From Mobula hypostoma (Eukaryota): a DNA stretch of 64,000 nucleotides. Under the pieces are notes generated by a model that did no database searches, was not told where the DNA came from, and was given only the letters and a program-made list of their open reading frames with translations. Shown here in pieces: positions 19,621 through 30,294 of this stretch. Each line of letters begins with the position of its first letter. The stretch's first letter is position 1. The DNA is taken from contig NC_086109.1 of assembly GCF_963921235.1 (NCBI RefSeq), positions 62,001 to 126,000 of the forward strand, given 5' to 3'. Both the position numbers and the translations under genes were made by a program.

Positions 19621-22600
19621 TACTTGGTAAGTAGGAGGTCTTCAAAAGGGAAATTTTGAAAGTACAGAGTTTGTATAATTCTGTCGTAACAAAAGGCAAG
19701 GATAACAGGTTTAGCGAACTTTGGTTTTCGAGTGATATTGAGGCTCTGGTTAAGAAAAAGAAGGAGATACATAACAGGTATAGGCAGGTAGGATCAAACG
19801 AGGTACTTATGGAGTACAAAAATGCAAGAAAGCACTTAAGAAAGAAGTCAGGAGGGTTAAAAGAAAATGCTCTAGCAGACAAGCTGAAGGAGAATCCTAA
19901 AGGATGTACAGTATTAAAAGCAAAAAGATAGCAAGGGACAAAATGGTAATCTGCCCATGGAGCTGAAAGAGACAGGGGAGATCTTATATGCATTTGTTTG
20001 CAGCTATTTCTCAGGAGACTGTACTTGTTTGTATAGATGCTGCCTGACCTGCAGATGTCTATAGAAGTGAGGCAAAGCAGCAGCAAGGTCATGGACCACA
20101 CACACATCACAGAGGAGGAGGTGTTTGCCGTCGAGGCAAATTAGAGTGGATAATTCCCTAGAGCCTGACAAGGTGCTTCCTCAAACCCTGTGGGAAGCTG
20201 GTACAGAAACTGCAGGGGCCCCAGCAGAGATATTAAATATCCTTAGCCACAGGTGCCGTGCCGGAGGTTTGGATGATAGCTAATGTTGTTCTGTTGTTTT
20301 AGAAAGGCTCTAAAAATAAACGAGGAAATGATGGGCAGGTGAGCCTGATGTCAGTAGTGGGAAAGTTATTGGAAGGTATTCTAGGGGACCAGATATATGA
20401 GTATTTGGATAGACAGGGACGGAGTAGGGGTAGTCAACATGGTTTTGTGTGTGGTAGGTCGTGTCCAACCAATCTTGTAGAAGTCTTCAAGGAAGTTACG
20501 ATGAAGGATGAAGACCAGGTCATGGGTGTTGTCTACATGGATATTAGCAGGACATTTGGCAAGGACCAGCATAGGAGGTTGGTCAAGATAGTTCAGTCAC
20601 TTGGCATTCAAGGTGAAGTAGTAAATTGGATTAGACATTGGCTTTGTGGGAGAAGCCAGAGAGTGGTGGAAGACGGTTGACTCTCTGACTGGAGGCCTGT
20701 GACTATTGTTGTGCCACAGGGATCGGTGCTGGGTCCGTTAATGTTTCTCATCTGTATCAATGATCTGGATGCTAATGTGGTCAACTTGATCAGCACATTT
20801 GTGGATGTCACCAAGATTGGGGGTGTGATGGACAGCAAGGAGGACTATCAGAGCTTGCAGCAGTATTCAAACCAGCTGGAAAAATGGGGTGAAAATTAGC
20901 AGATGAAATTTAATGCAGACAAGTGCAAGGTGTTGCACTTTCTGAGGGCCAGCCAAGGTAGGTTTTACAGGTGAGCAGTAGGGCACTGAGGAGTGCGGTA
21001 GAACAAAGGGATCTGGGAATACAGGTACATAATTCATTGAAAGTAGCATCACAGGTCGCTAGGGTCATAAAGAAAGCTATTAATGCATTAGCCTTCATAA
21101 AACAAAGTATTGGGTACAGGAAATGGGATGTTATGTTGAAGTTTTATAAGATGTTGGTGAGGCCTAATTTGGAGTATTGTGTGTAGTTTTGGTCACTCAC
21201 CCACAGGAAAGATGTAAATATGATTTGAAAAGTGCAGAGAAAATTTACAAGGGTATTGCTGGGGCTTGATGACCTGAGTTATAAGGAAAGGTTGAATAGG
21301 TTATACCATAAGACAATAAGATATAGGAGCAGAATTAGACCATCTGACCCATCGAGTCTGCTCTGCCATTTCAACATCACTGATCCATTTTCTGTCTCAG
21401 CCCCAATCTCCTTCCTTCTCTCCATATCCCTCCATGTCCCAACCAATCAAGTATTCATCAACCTCTGCCTTAAATATACCCTATAACTTGGCCTCCATAG
21501 CTGCCTGTGGTGACTAACTCCACAGATTCATCACTCTCTGGCTAAAGAAATTCCTCCTCATCTCTGCTCTAAAAGGACATCCCTCTATTCTGAGGCTGTG
21601 CCCTCCAGAGTTAGACTCTCCCACCAGAGGAAATGACCTCTCCACATCCACTCTATCAAGGCCTTTCACTATTTGATTGGTTTCAGTGAGGTCACCCCTC
21701 ATTCTTCTGAATTCTAATGAATATAGCAACAAAGCCATCAAAGGCTCTTCAATCTTGGAAACATTTTCGTGAACCTCTTTAGAACCCTCTCCAATGTCAG
21801 CCCAACCTTTCTTAGATAACGGGCCTAAAACTGCCCACAATACTCTAACTGAGGCCTCACCAGTGCTTTAAAAAGCTTCAACATTACATTCTTGCTTTTA
21901 TATTCTGGTCCTCTTGAAATAAATGCCATCGTCACATTTACCCTCCTCGCCACTGACTCAACCTGCACATTAACTTTTAGGGAATCCTACATGGGGACCC
22001 AAGGCTCTTTGCACCATGGATTTTTGAATTTTCTCTCCAATTAGAAAATAATCTACTCTTACTTCTTCTACTAAAGTTCATGACCATACACTTCCCAACA
22101 CTGTATTTCATCTGCCATTTCTTTGCCCATTCAGATATTCTGTCTGAGTCCTTCTGTAGCCTCTCTACTTCCTCAAAACTACCTGCCTCTCCACTGATCT
22201 TTGTATTATCCGTAAACTTGGCCACAAAGCCATCAATTCCATCATTCAAATCATAGTCATATAATATGAAAAGAATTGGTCCCAAAACTGTGGAACACCA
22301 CTGGTCAACTGGCAGCCAACCAGAAAAGGCTCCCATTATTCCCATTCTTTGCCTCCTGCTAATCAGCCATTGCTTTATCCATGCTAGAATCTTTTCTGTA
22401 ATACCATGGGATCATAGCTTGTTAAGCAGCCTCATGTGTGGCACCTTGTCAAAGGCCTTCTGAAAATCCAAATACACAACATCAACCGATTCTCCTTTGT
22501 CTGTCTGGCTTGTAACTTCTTCAAAGCATTCCAAGAGATTTGTCAGGCAAGATTTTCCCTTGAGAAAACCATGCTGACTATGGCCTATTTTATCATGTGC

Positions 22601-23310
22601 CTCCAAGTACCCCTCAACCACATCCTTAACAATTGACTCCAACATCTTCCTAACCACTGAGGTCAGACTAACTGGCTATAATTTCCTTCTTCTGCCTTTC
22701 TCCTTTCTTGAAGAGTGGAGTGATATTTGCAATTTTCCAGTCTTCTGGAACCATCCTATTAGTCTTCTAGAGTCATTACTAATGCCTCCAGAATCTCTTC
22801 ATCCACCTCTTTCAGAACCCTGGGTGTGTACACCATCTGGTCCAGGTGACTTATCTACCTTCAGACCATTTAGTTTCCCAAGAACCTTCTCTCTATTTAT
22901 AGTAACTTCACACATTACATGCCCCGTGGCACCTGGAACCATACTGCTCGCATTCTCCCACACTGAAGATCGAAGCAAAATAATTAGTTTGTCTGCCATT
23001 TCCTGGTCCCCCATTCCTTCCTCTCCAGCATAGCTTCCATTGGTCCAATATCCACCCTTGCCGCAGTTTTACACTTTATGTATCTGAAGAAAATTTTGGT
23101 ATCCACTTTAATATTACTGGCTAGCTTACTTTCATATTCCATCTTTATCTTCTAAAAAAAAATTCAGTTGCCTTTTTATTGGTTTTAAAAAGCTTCCCAA
23201 TCATCTAACTGCAAACAACAGGAATTCAGCAGATGCTGGAAATTCAAGCAACACACATCAAAGTTGCTGGTGAACGCAGCAGGCCAGGCAGCATCTATAG
23301 GAAGAGGCGC

Positions 23311-23346
23311 AGTCGACGTTTCAGGCCGAGACCCTTCGTCAGGACT
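23311..23346 (-). ncRNA. Minimal type I hammerhead ribozyme (left arm)
   Basis: Reverse complement of 24508-24543. Confidence 0.8.
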
Positions 23347-23909
23347 AACTGAAGGAAGAGTGAGTAAGGGATTTGAAAGCTGGAGGGGGAGGAGGAGATG
23401 CAAAATGATAGGAGAAGACAGGAGGGGGAGGGATAGAGCCGAGAGCTGGACAGGTGATAGGCAAAAGGGGATACGAGAGGATCATGGGACAGGAGGTCCG
23501 GGAAGAAAGACGGGGAGGGGGGGTGACCCAGAGGATGGGCAAGAGGTATATTCAGAGGGACAGAGGGAGAAAAAGGAGAGTGAGAGAAAGAATGTGTGCA
23601 CAAAAATGAGCAACAGCTGGGGTACGAGGGGGAGGTGGGGCCTAGCGGAAGTTAGAGAAGTCAATGTTCATGCCATCAGGTTGGAGGCTACCCAGACGGA
23701 ATATAAGGTGTTGTTCCTCCAACCTGAGTGTGGCTTCATCTTTACAGTAGAGGAGGCCGTGGATAGACATGTCAGAATGGGAATGGGATGTGGAATTAAA
23801 ATGTGTGGCCACTGGGAGATCCTGCTTTCTCTGGCGGACAGAGCGTAGATGTTCAGCAAAGCGGTCTCCCAGTCTGCGTCGGGTCTCACCAATATATAAA
23901 AGGCCACAG

Positions 23910-24212
23910 TCGACTGGGGTGATATACTGCGTCCGGTGCTCCTGATGTGGCCTTTTATATATTGGTGAGACCCGACGCAGACTGGGAGACCGCTTTGCTG
24001 AACATCTACGCTCTGTCCGCCAGAGAAAGCAGGATCTCCCAGTGGCCACACATTTTAATTCCACATCCCATTCCCATTCTGACATGTCTATCCACGGCCT
24101 CCTCTACTGTAAAGATGAAGCCACACTCAGGTTGGAGGAACAACACCTTATATTCCGTCTGGGTAGCCTCCAACCTGATGGCATGAACATTGACTTCTCT
24201 AACTTCCGCTAG
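23910..24212 (+). pseudogene. GIY-YIG endonuclease C-terminal remnant of the Penelope-like element
   Basis: Reads STGVIYCVRCS*CGLLYIGETRRRLGDRFAEHLRSVR...HFNSTSHSHSDM...LEEQHLIFRLGSLQPDGMNIDFSNFR-stop. One internal TGA, probably from CGA deamination. Confidence 0.9.
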
Positions 24213-24507
24213 GCCCCACCTCCCCCTCGTACCCCAGCTGTTGCTCATTTTTGTGCACACATTCTTTCTCTCACTCTCCTTTTTCTCCCTCTGTCCCTCT
24301 GAATATACCTCTTGCCCATCCTCTGGGTCACCCCCCCTCCCCGTCTTTCTTCCCGGACCTCCTGTCCCATGATCCTCTCGTATCCCCTTTTGCCTATCAC
24401 CTGTCCAGCTCTCGGCTCTATCCCTCCCCCTCCTGTCTTCTCCTATCATTTTGCATCTCCTCCTCCCCCTCCAGCTTTCAAATCCCTTACTCACTCTTCC
24501 TTCAGTT

Positions 24508-24543
24508 AGTCCTGACGAAGGGTCTCGGCCTGAAACGTCGACT
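24508..24543 (+). ncRNA. Minimal type I hammerhead ribozyme (right arm)
   Basis: agtc (stem I) CTGACGA agg-gtctcgg-cct (stem II) GAAA C GTC gact (stem I). The core is intact and stem III is reduced to the palindrome ACGT. Confidence 0.82.
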
Positions 24544-24879
24544 GCGCCTCTTCCTATAGATGCTGCCTGGCCTGCTGCGTTCACCAGCAACTTTGATGTG
24601 TGTTGCTTCCAATCATCTAACTTCCCACTAATGTTTGCTCCATTATATGCTCTCTCTTTGGCTTATATGTTGGCTTTAATTTCCCGTATTAGCCATGGTT
24701 GTATCATCTTGCCTTCAGACTACTTCTTCCTCTTTGGGATGTATATATCCTGTGCCTTCCGAAATGCTTTCAGATATTCCAGCTCTGCTGTCATACCTGC
24801 CGTTCTTTTCCAATCAATTCTGGCCAGCTTCTCTCTCATGCCTCTGTAATTTCTTTCACTTCACTGTAATACTGGTACA

Positions 24880-26578
24880 TTAGGTACTTAATGAGTACTT
24901 TGCTTCAGTATTCACTATGGAAAAGGATCGTGGCAATTGTAGGGATCACTTACAGCAGACTGAAAAGCTTGTGCAAGTAGATATTAAGAAAGAGAATGTG
25001 CTGGAGCTTTTGGAAAGCTTCAAGTTGGATAAGTCACCGGGACCGGACGAGTTGTACTCCAGGCTACTGTAGGAGTCGAAGGAGGAGATTGCTGAGTCTC
25101 TGGCAATGATCTTTGCATCATCAATGGGGATGGGAGAGGTTCCGGAGGATTGGAGGGTTGTAAATGTTGTTCCCTTATTCAAGAAAGGGAGTAGAGATAG
25201 CCCAGGAAATTATAGACCAGTGAGTCTTACTTCAGTGGTTGGGAAGTTGATGGAGAAGATCCTGAGAGGCAGGATTTATGAACATTTAGAGAGGCATAAT
25301 ATGATTAGGAGTAGTCAGCATGGCTTTGTCAAAGGCAGGTCGTGCATACAAGCCTGACTGAATTTTTTGAGGATGTGACTAAACACATTGATGAAGGTAG
25401 AGCAGTAGATGTAGTGCATATGGATTTCAGCAAGGCATTCGACAAGGTTTATTGAGAAAGTAAGGAGGCATGGGATCCAAGGGGACATTGCTTTATGGAT
25501 CCAGAACTGGCTTGCCCACAGAGGGCAAAGAGTGGTTGTAGACGGGTCATATTCTGCATGGAGGTTGGTGACCAATGGTTTGCCTCAGGGATCTGTTCTG
25601 GGACCCCCACTCTTTGTGATTTTTATAAATGAACTGGGTGAAGAAGTGGAGAGATAGGTTAGTAAATTTGCTGATGACACAAAGGTTGGAGGTGTTGTGG
25701 ATAGTGTGGAGGGCTGTCAGAGGTTACAGCGGGACACTGATAGGATGCAAAACTGAGCTGAGAAGTGGCAGATGGAGTTCAATTCAGACAAGTATGAGGT
25801 GGCTCATTTTGGTAAGTCAAATATGATGCAAAATATAGTATTAATGGTAAGACTCTTGGCAGTGTGGAGGATCAGAGGGATCTTGGGGTCCGAGTCCATA
25901 GGACATTCAAAGTTGCTGCACAGGTTGACTCTGTGGTTAAGAAAGCACACGGTGTATTGGCCTTCATCAATCATGGGATTGAGTTTAGGAGCCAAGAGGT
26001 AATGTTGCAGCTATATAGGACCCTAGTCAGAGCCCACTTGGAGTACTGTGCTCAGTTCTGGTCGCCTCACTACAGGAAGGATGTAGAAACCATAGAAAGA
26101 GTACAGAGGAGATTTACAAGGATGTTGCCTGGATTGGACAGCATGTCTTATGAGAATAGGCTGAGTGAACTTGGCTTTTTTTCCTTGGAACGATGGAGGA
26201 TGACAGGTGACCTGATAGAGGTGTATAAGAAGTGAGAGGCATTGATCGTGTGGGTAGTCAGCGCTTTTTTTTTCCCAGGGCTGAAATAGCTAGCATGAGA
26301 GGACACAGGTTTAAGGTGCTGGGGAGTAGGTACAGAGGAGATGTCAGGGGTAAGTTTTTTACGCAGAGAGTGGTGACTGCATGGAATGGGCTGCCGGCAA
26401 CGGTGGTGGAGGCAGATAGGGTCTTTTAAGACACTCCTGGACAGGTATATGGAACTCAGAAAAACAGAGGGCTATAGGTAACCCTAGGTAATTTCTAAGG
26501 TAAGAACATGTTAGGCACAGCATTGTGGGCCGAAGGGCCTGTATTGTGCTGTAGGTTTTCTATGTTCTATGTTTCTAT
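24880..26578 (+). mobile_element. CR1-clade LINE (RT + 3'UTR), different subfamily
   Basis: ORFs 25106..25357 (NYRPVSLTS, SQHGFVKGRSC) and 25864..26235. Tail ttctatgttctatgtttctat. Confidence 0.9.
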
Positions 26579-27349
26579 CTAATTTTGGTTTCTCCTTCTC
26601 AAATTTCAGGGTGAATTCGATCATATTAACACTTACCCTGAAGGGTTCTATTAGTTAAGCTCTGTAATCAATTCCAGTTCATTACACATGACCTAATCCA
26701 GCACAGCTGACCACCTCGTGGGCTCAACCATGAGCTGCTCTAAAAAGCATCTCAAAGACATTCTAGAAATTCCCCCTCTTGGAATCCCGCATCAACCTGA
26801 TTTTCCCAATCTACCTGCATGTTAAAATCCTCCATGACTTGTAACATTGCCCTTTTGGCATGCATTTTCTATCTCGCATTCCTTACTACTATTTTGGGGT
26901 CTGTGTCTAACTCCCATAGAATCTTTTTACCTTTGCAGTTCCTTAGCTCTGTCCACAACAATTCAACACCTTCCAACCCCATGTCACCTCTTTCTAATGA
27001 TTTGATTTCATTTTTTTACCAACAGAGCCACATCACCCCTCTGCCTTCCTGCCGATCCTTTCAATGTAATGTGTATTCTTGGACATTAAACCCCCGGCTA
27101 TAATCTTCTTTCAGCCATGATTCAGTGATTACTACAACATCTTACTTTCCAATCTGTAACTGTGCTACACGTTCATCTACCTTATTCTGTATACTGTGTG
27201 TATTCAAATAAAAATCCTTTAGTCCTATATTCATCCTTTTTGATTTTGTCTGCTTTTTGTCATCCTGTTGACTGCAATTTTGCCCTGTTATCTGTCTCTC
27301 CTTGCCAGGGACCTCACTACACATTGCCTGTTTGTAAACCAACTACAGC

Positions 27350-27860
27350 TTTGTGGCAAAAAAAGCATAGCAGCGTCTCTTCCACCTCAGGCGACTGAAG
27401 AGGTTCGGCATGAGCCCCCAAATCCTCAAGACCTTCTACAGGGCACCATTGGGATCATCCTGACTGGCTGTATCACCGTCTGGTATGGGAACCGCACCAA
27501 CCTTGATGGCTGGGCACTGCAGAGAGTGGTACAGACAGCCCAGCGCATCTGTGGATGTGAACTGCCCTCCATTGAGGACATTTACAGCAGCAGGTGTATA
27601 AAGAAGACCTGGAAGATCATTGGGGACACCAGTCACCCCAACCATAAACTGTTTCAGCTGCTTCCGTCTGGCAAACAGTACCACAGCATTAAAACTGCGA
27701 GACCAACAGGCTACGGGACAGCTTCTTTCTACAAGCCATTAGACTCTTAAATTCATGTCTGTACATTGCAACATAGTCATAACACAAAGATTTTTACTCA
27801 CTCACATTGTGAGATGGATGTAAGATTTAAATAGATTCTAAATTCTAAATTCTAATTCTT
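27350..27860 (+). mobile_element. Rex1/Babar-like LINE 3' fragment
   Basis: ILTGCITVWYGN...HPNHKLFQLLPSGKQY. (attctaa)n tail at ~27835-27860. Confidence 0.8.
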
Positions 27861-28704
27861 ATCTTCAACACCATCACACCAATTCCCAACCCCCTGCCAA
27901 ATTAGTTTAAACCCATCCAAACCACTCTAACCAACCTGACCGCAAGGATATTGGACCCCACCCCCACCCCCACCCCCTCAGGTTCAGATGTAATCCATCC
28001 CTATTGTCCAGGTCATACCTTCCCCAGAAGAAATCCCAATGATTCATAAATCTGAACCCCTGCCCCCTGCACCAGTTCCTCAGCCACACGATCACCTGCC
28101 AAGTCACCCTATTCTTACCGTCCCTGGCATGTGGCATCAGGAGCAATCGAGAGACTACTAACCAGAGACCCTGTTTCTCAGCTTTCTACCTAGCTTCCTA
28201 AAATCTCTCTTCCGGACCGCCTCACCTTGTCTACCTGAGTCATTGGTGCCAATATGTATCATGTCTTCTGGCTGCTCACCCTTGCCCTTGAGAATGGCAT
28301 GGACCCAATCCAAGACATCCCTGATCCCAGCACCAGGGAGGCAACATACCATCTGGGTGTCTCTATTGCGCGCACAGAACCTCGTCCCTGTTCCTCTGAC
28401 TAAGGAATCTTCTATGACCACTGCAGTCCTCTTCACCTCTCTGTTCTTCTGAGCCACAGCCCCAGACTCAGTGCCAGAGACCCAGTCACTCTGCACCACT
28501 CCCCCCACCCCCGGTAGGTCACCTCCTCAATAGTATTTAAAGTTATATATTTATTATTGAGGAAAACGGTCACAGGTGTACTCTGCATTGGTTGTGCATT
28601 TCCCCTCCTTCTTCTGATAGTCACCCATTTACCTGTCCTCTGCAAGCTAAAGTTAACTACCTCCCTGTAGCTCCTGTCTCATCACATCTTCATTCTCCCA
28701 TATA

Positions 28705-29836
28705 ACCATATAACAATTTCAGCACAGAAACAGGCCATCTTGGCCCTTCTAGTCTGTGCCAAACTCTTACTCTCACCTAGTCCCACTGACCCGCACTCGG
28801 CCCATAACCCTCCATTCCTCTCCTGTCCATATATCTATCCAATTTAACTTTAAATGACAACATCAAACCTGCCTCAAACACTTCTGCTGGAAGCTCGTTC
28901 CACACAGCTACCACTCTCAGAGTAAAGATGTTCCCCCTCATGTTACCCCTAAACTTTTGCCCTTTATCTCTCAACTCATGTCCTCGTTTGATTCTCCCCC
29001 ACTCCCAATGGAAAAAGCCTATCCACATCAACTCTATCTATCCCCCTCATAATTTTAAATACCTCTATCAAGTCTCCCCTCAACCTTCTATGTTCCAAAG
29101 AATAAAGACCCAACTTGTTCAACCTTTCTCTGTAACTTAGGTGATGAAACCCAGGTAACATTCTAGTAAATCTTTTCTGTACTCTCTCTATTTTGTTGAC
29201 ATCTTTCCTATAATTCGGTGACCAAAACTGTACACAATACTCCAAATTTGGCCTCACCAATGCCTTGTACAATTTCAACATTACATCCCGACTCCTATAC
29301 TCAATGCTCTGATTTATAAAGGCCAGCACTCCAAAAGCTTTCTTCACCACCCTATCCACATGAGATTCCACTTTCAGAGAACTATGCACCATTATTCCTA
29401 GATCCCTCTGTTTTACTACATTCTTCAATGCCCTACCATTTACCATGTATGTCCTATTTTGATTAGTCCTACCAAAATGTAGCACCTCATATTTATCAGC
29501 ATTAAACTCCATCTGCCATTGATCAGTCCACTCTTCTAACTGGCCTAAATCTCTCTGCAAGCTTTGAAAACCTACTTCATTATCCACAACGCCACCTATC
29601 TTAGTATCATCTGCATACTTACTCATCCAATTTACCACCCCATCATCCAGATCATTAATGTATATTACAAACAACATTGGACCCAGTACAGATCCCTGAG
29701 GCATACCACTACACACCGTCCTCCAATCTGACACACAGTTATCCACAACTACTCTCTGGCATCTCCCATCTAGCCACTGCTGAATCCACTTTACCACTTC
29801 GATATTAATGCCTAACGATTGAACCTTCCTAACCAT
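28705..29836 (-). mobile_element. CR1-clade LINE 3' half
   Basis: ORF 28976..29836 with PQGSVLGP and YADD. Confidence 0.9.
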
Positions 29837-30294
29837 ATGTCAAAGGTCATTGAGCTGAGCTCCTGTTTCTTATTGTGTTCTCTCAGGAGCTGCAGCTCGG
29901 TGCCCCACAGCCATTCTCACTATACTGTGCCCATACAGATGAGGAATGAACAAAGAAGAACAGAGAGACAGTAACTTAGAAGACAGTCTACCTCACCCAA
30001 ATGTGGTGCTGCCTAAGCCTGATGAGTCAAAACCACTCTAAGTTGATTGGTTGCTTCTCAACTCAGAAAAACTGCCTTCACATTCTTGATCGCCACCCTG
30101 ATTAAAAAGTAGCTCTTTTCATGCACCCCAGGTGTGGATTGTCCAGCTCAAAGAAAAATGGCTCAAAGCTCTGCTTTTTAAATCTCAAACTTTTCACCTT
30201 TCACCCTTAATCCATGACCTCCAGTTGTAGTCCTACCCGACCTCAGTGGAAAAAGCCTGCTTTCATTTACCCTATCTACATGCCTCATAATTCT

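Larger units (their letters stand above)
17150..21300 (+). mobile_element. Old, near-full-length CR1-clade LINE (5'UTR, ORF1 esterase, EN, RT) with nested insertions
   Basis: ORF1 SGNH-like remnant VVIGGSLV...CLPGARVRDI (17977..18183). EN/RT remnants at 19076-21186 ([29 protein letters not shown]). Confidence 0.8.
23212..24608. mobile_element. Penelope-like retroelement in palindromic (inverted) configuration
   Basis: Arms 23246-23908 and 23946-24608 are reverse complements (mirror-image ORFs translate identically). GIY-YIG remnant. TSD ccaatcatctaact at 23197-23210 and 24609-24622. Confidence 0.92.
21305..28700 (-). mobile_element. Old CR1-clade LINE (ORF1 at ~27900-28700, EN/RT toward 21500) fragmented by younger insertions
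   Basis: ORFs 28158..28508 (VIEDSLVRG...CLPGAGIRDV...HIGTND), 22412..22657 (YLDFQKAFDKVPH), 21977..22345 and 21514..21840. Confidence 0.8.

Noticed and set aside
23264..23848. Identical 194-aa ORFs at 23264..23848 (+) and 24006..24590 (-) as duplicated genes
   Set aside because: They are antisense translations of the Penelope-like arms. The meaningful frame is the GIY-YIG remnant.
30017..30040. cctgatgagtcaaaacc as a possible hammerhead core
   Set aside because: It has CTGATGA but lacks GAAA, stem II and flanking stem I pairing.
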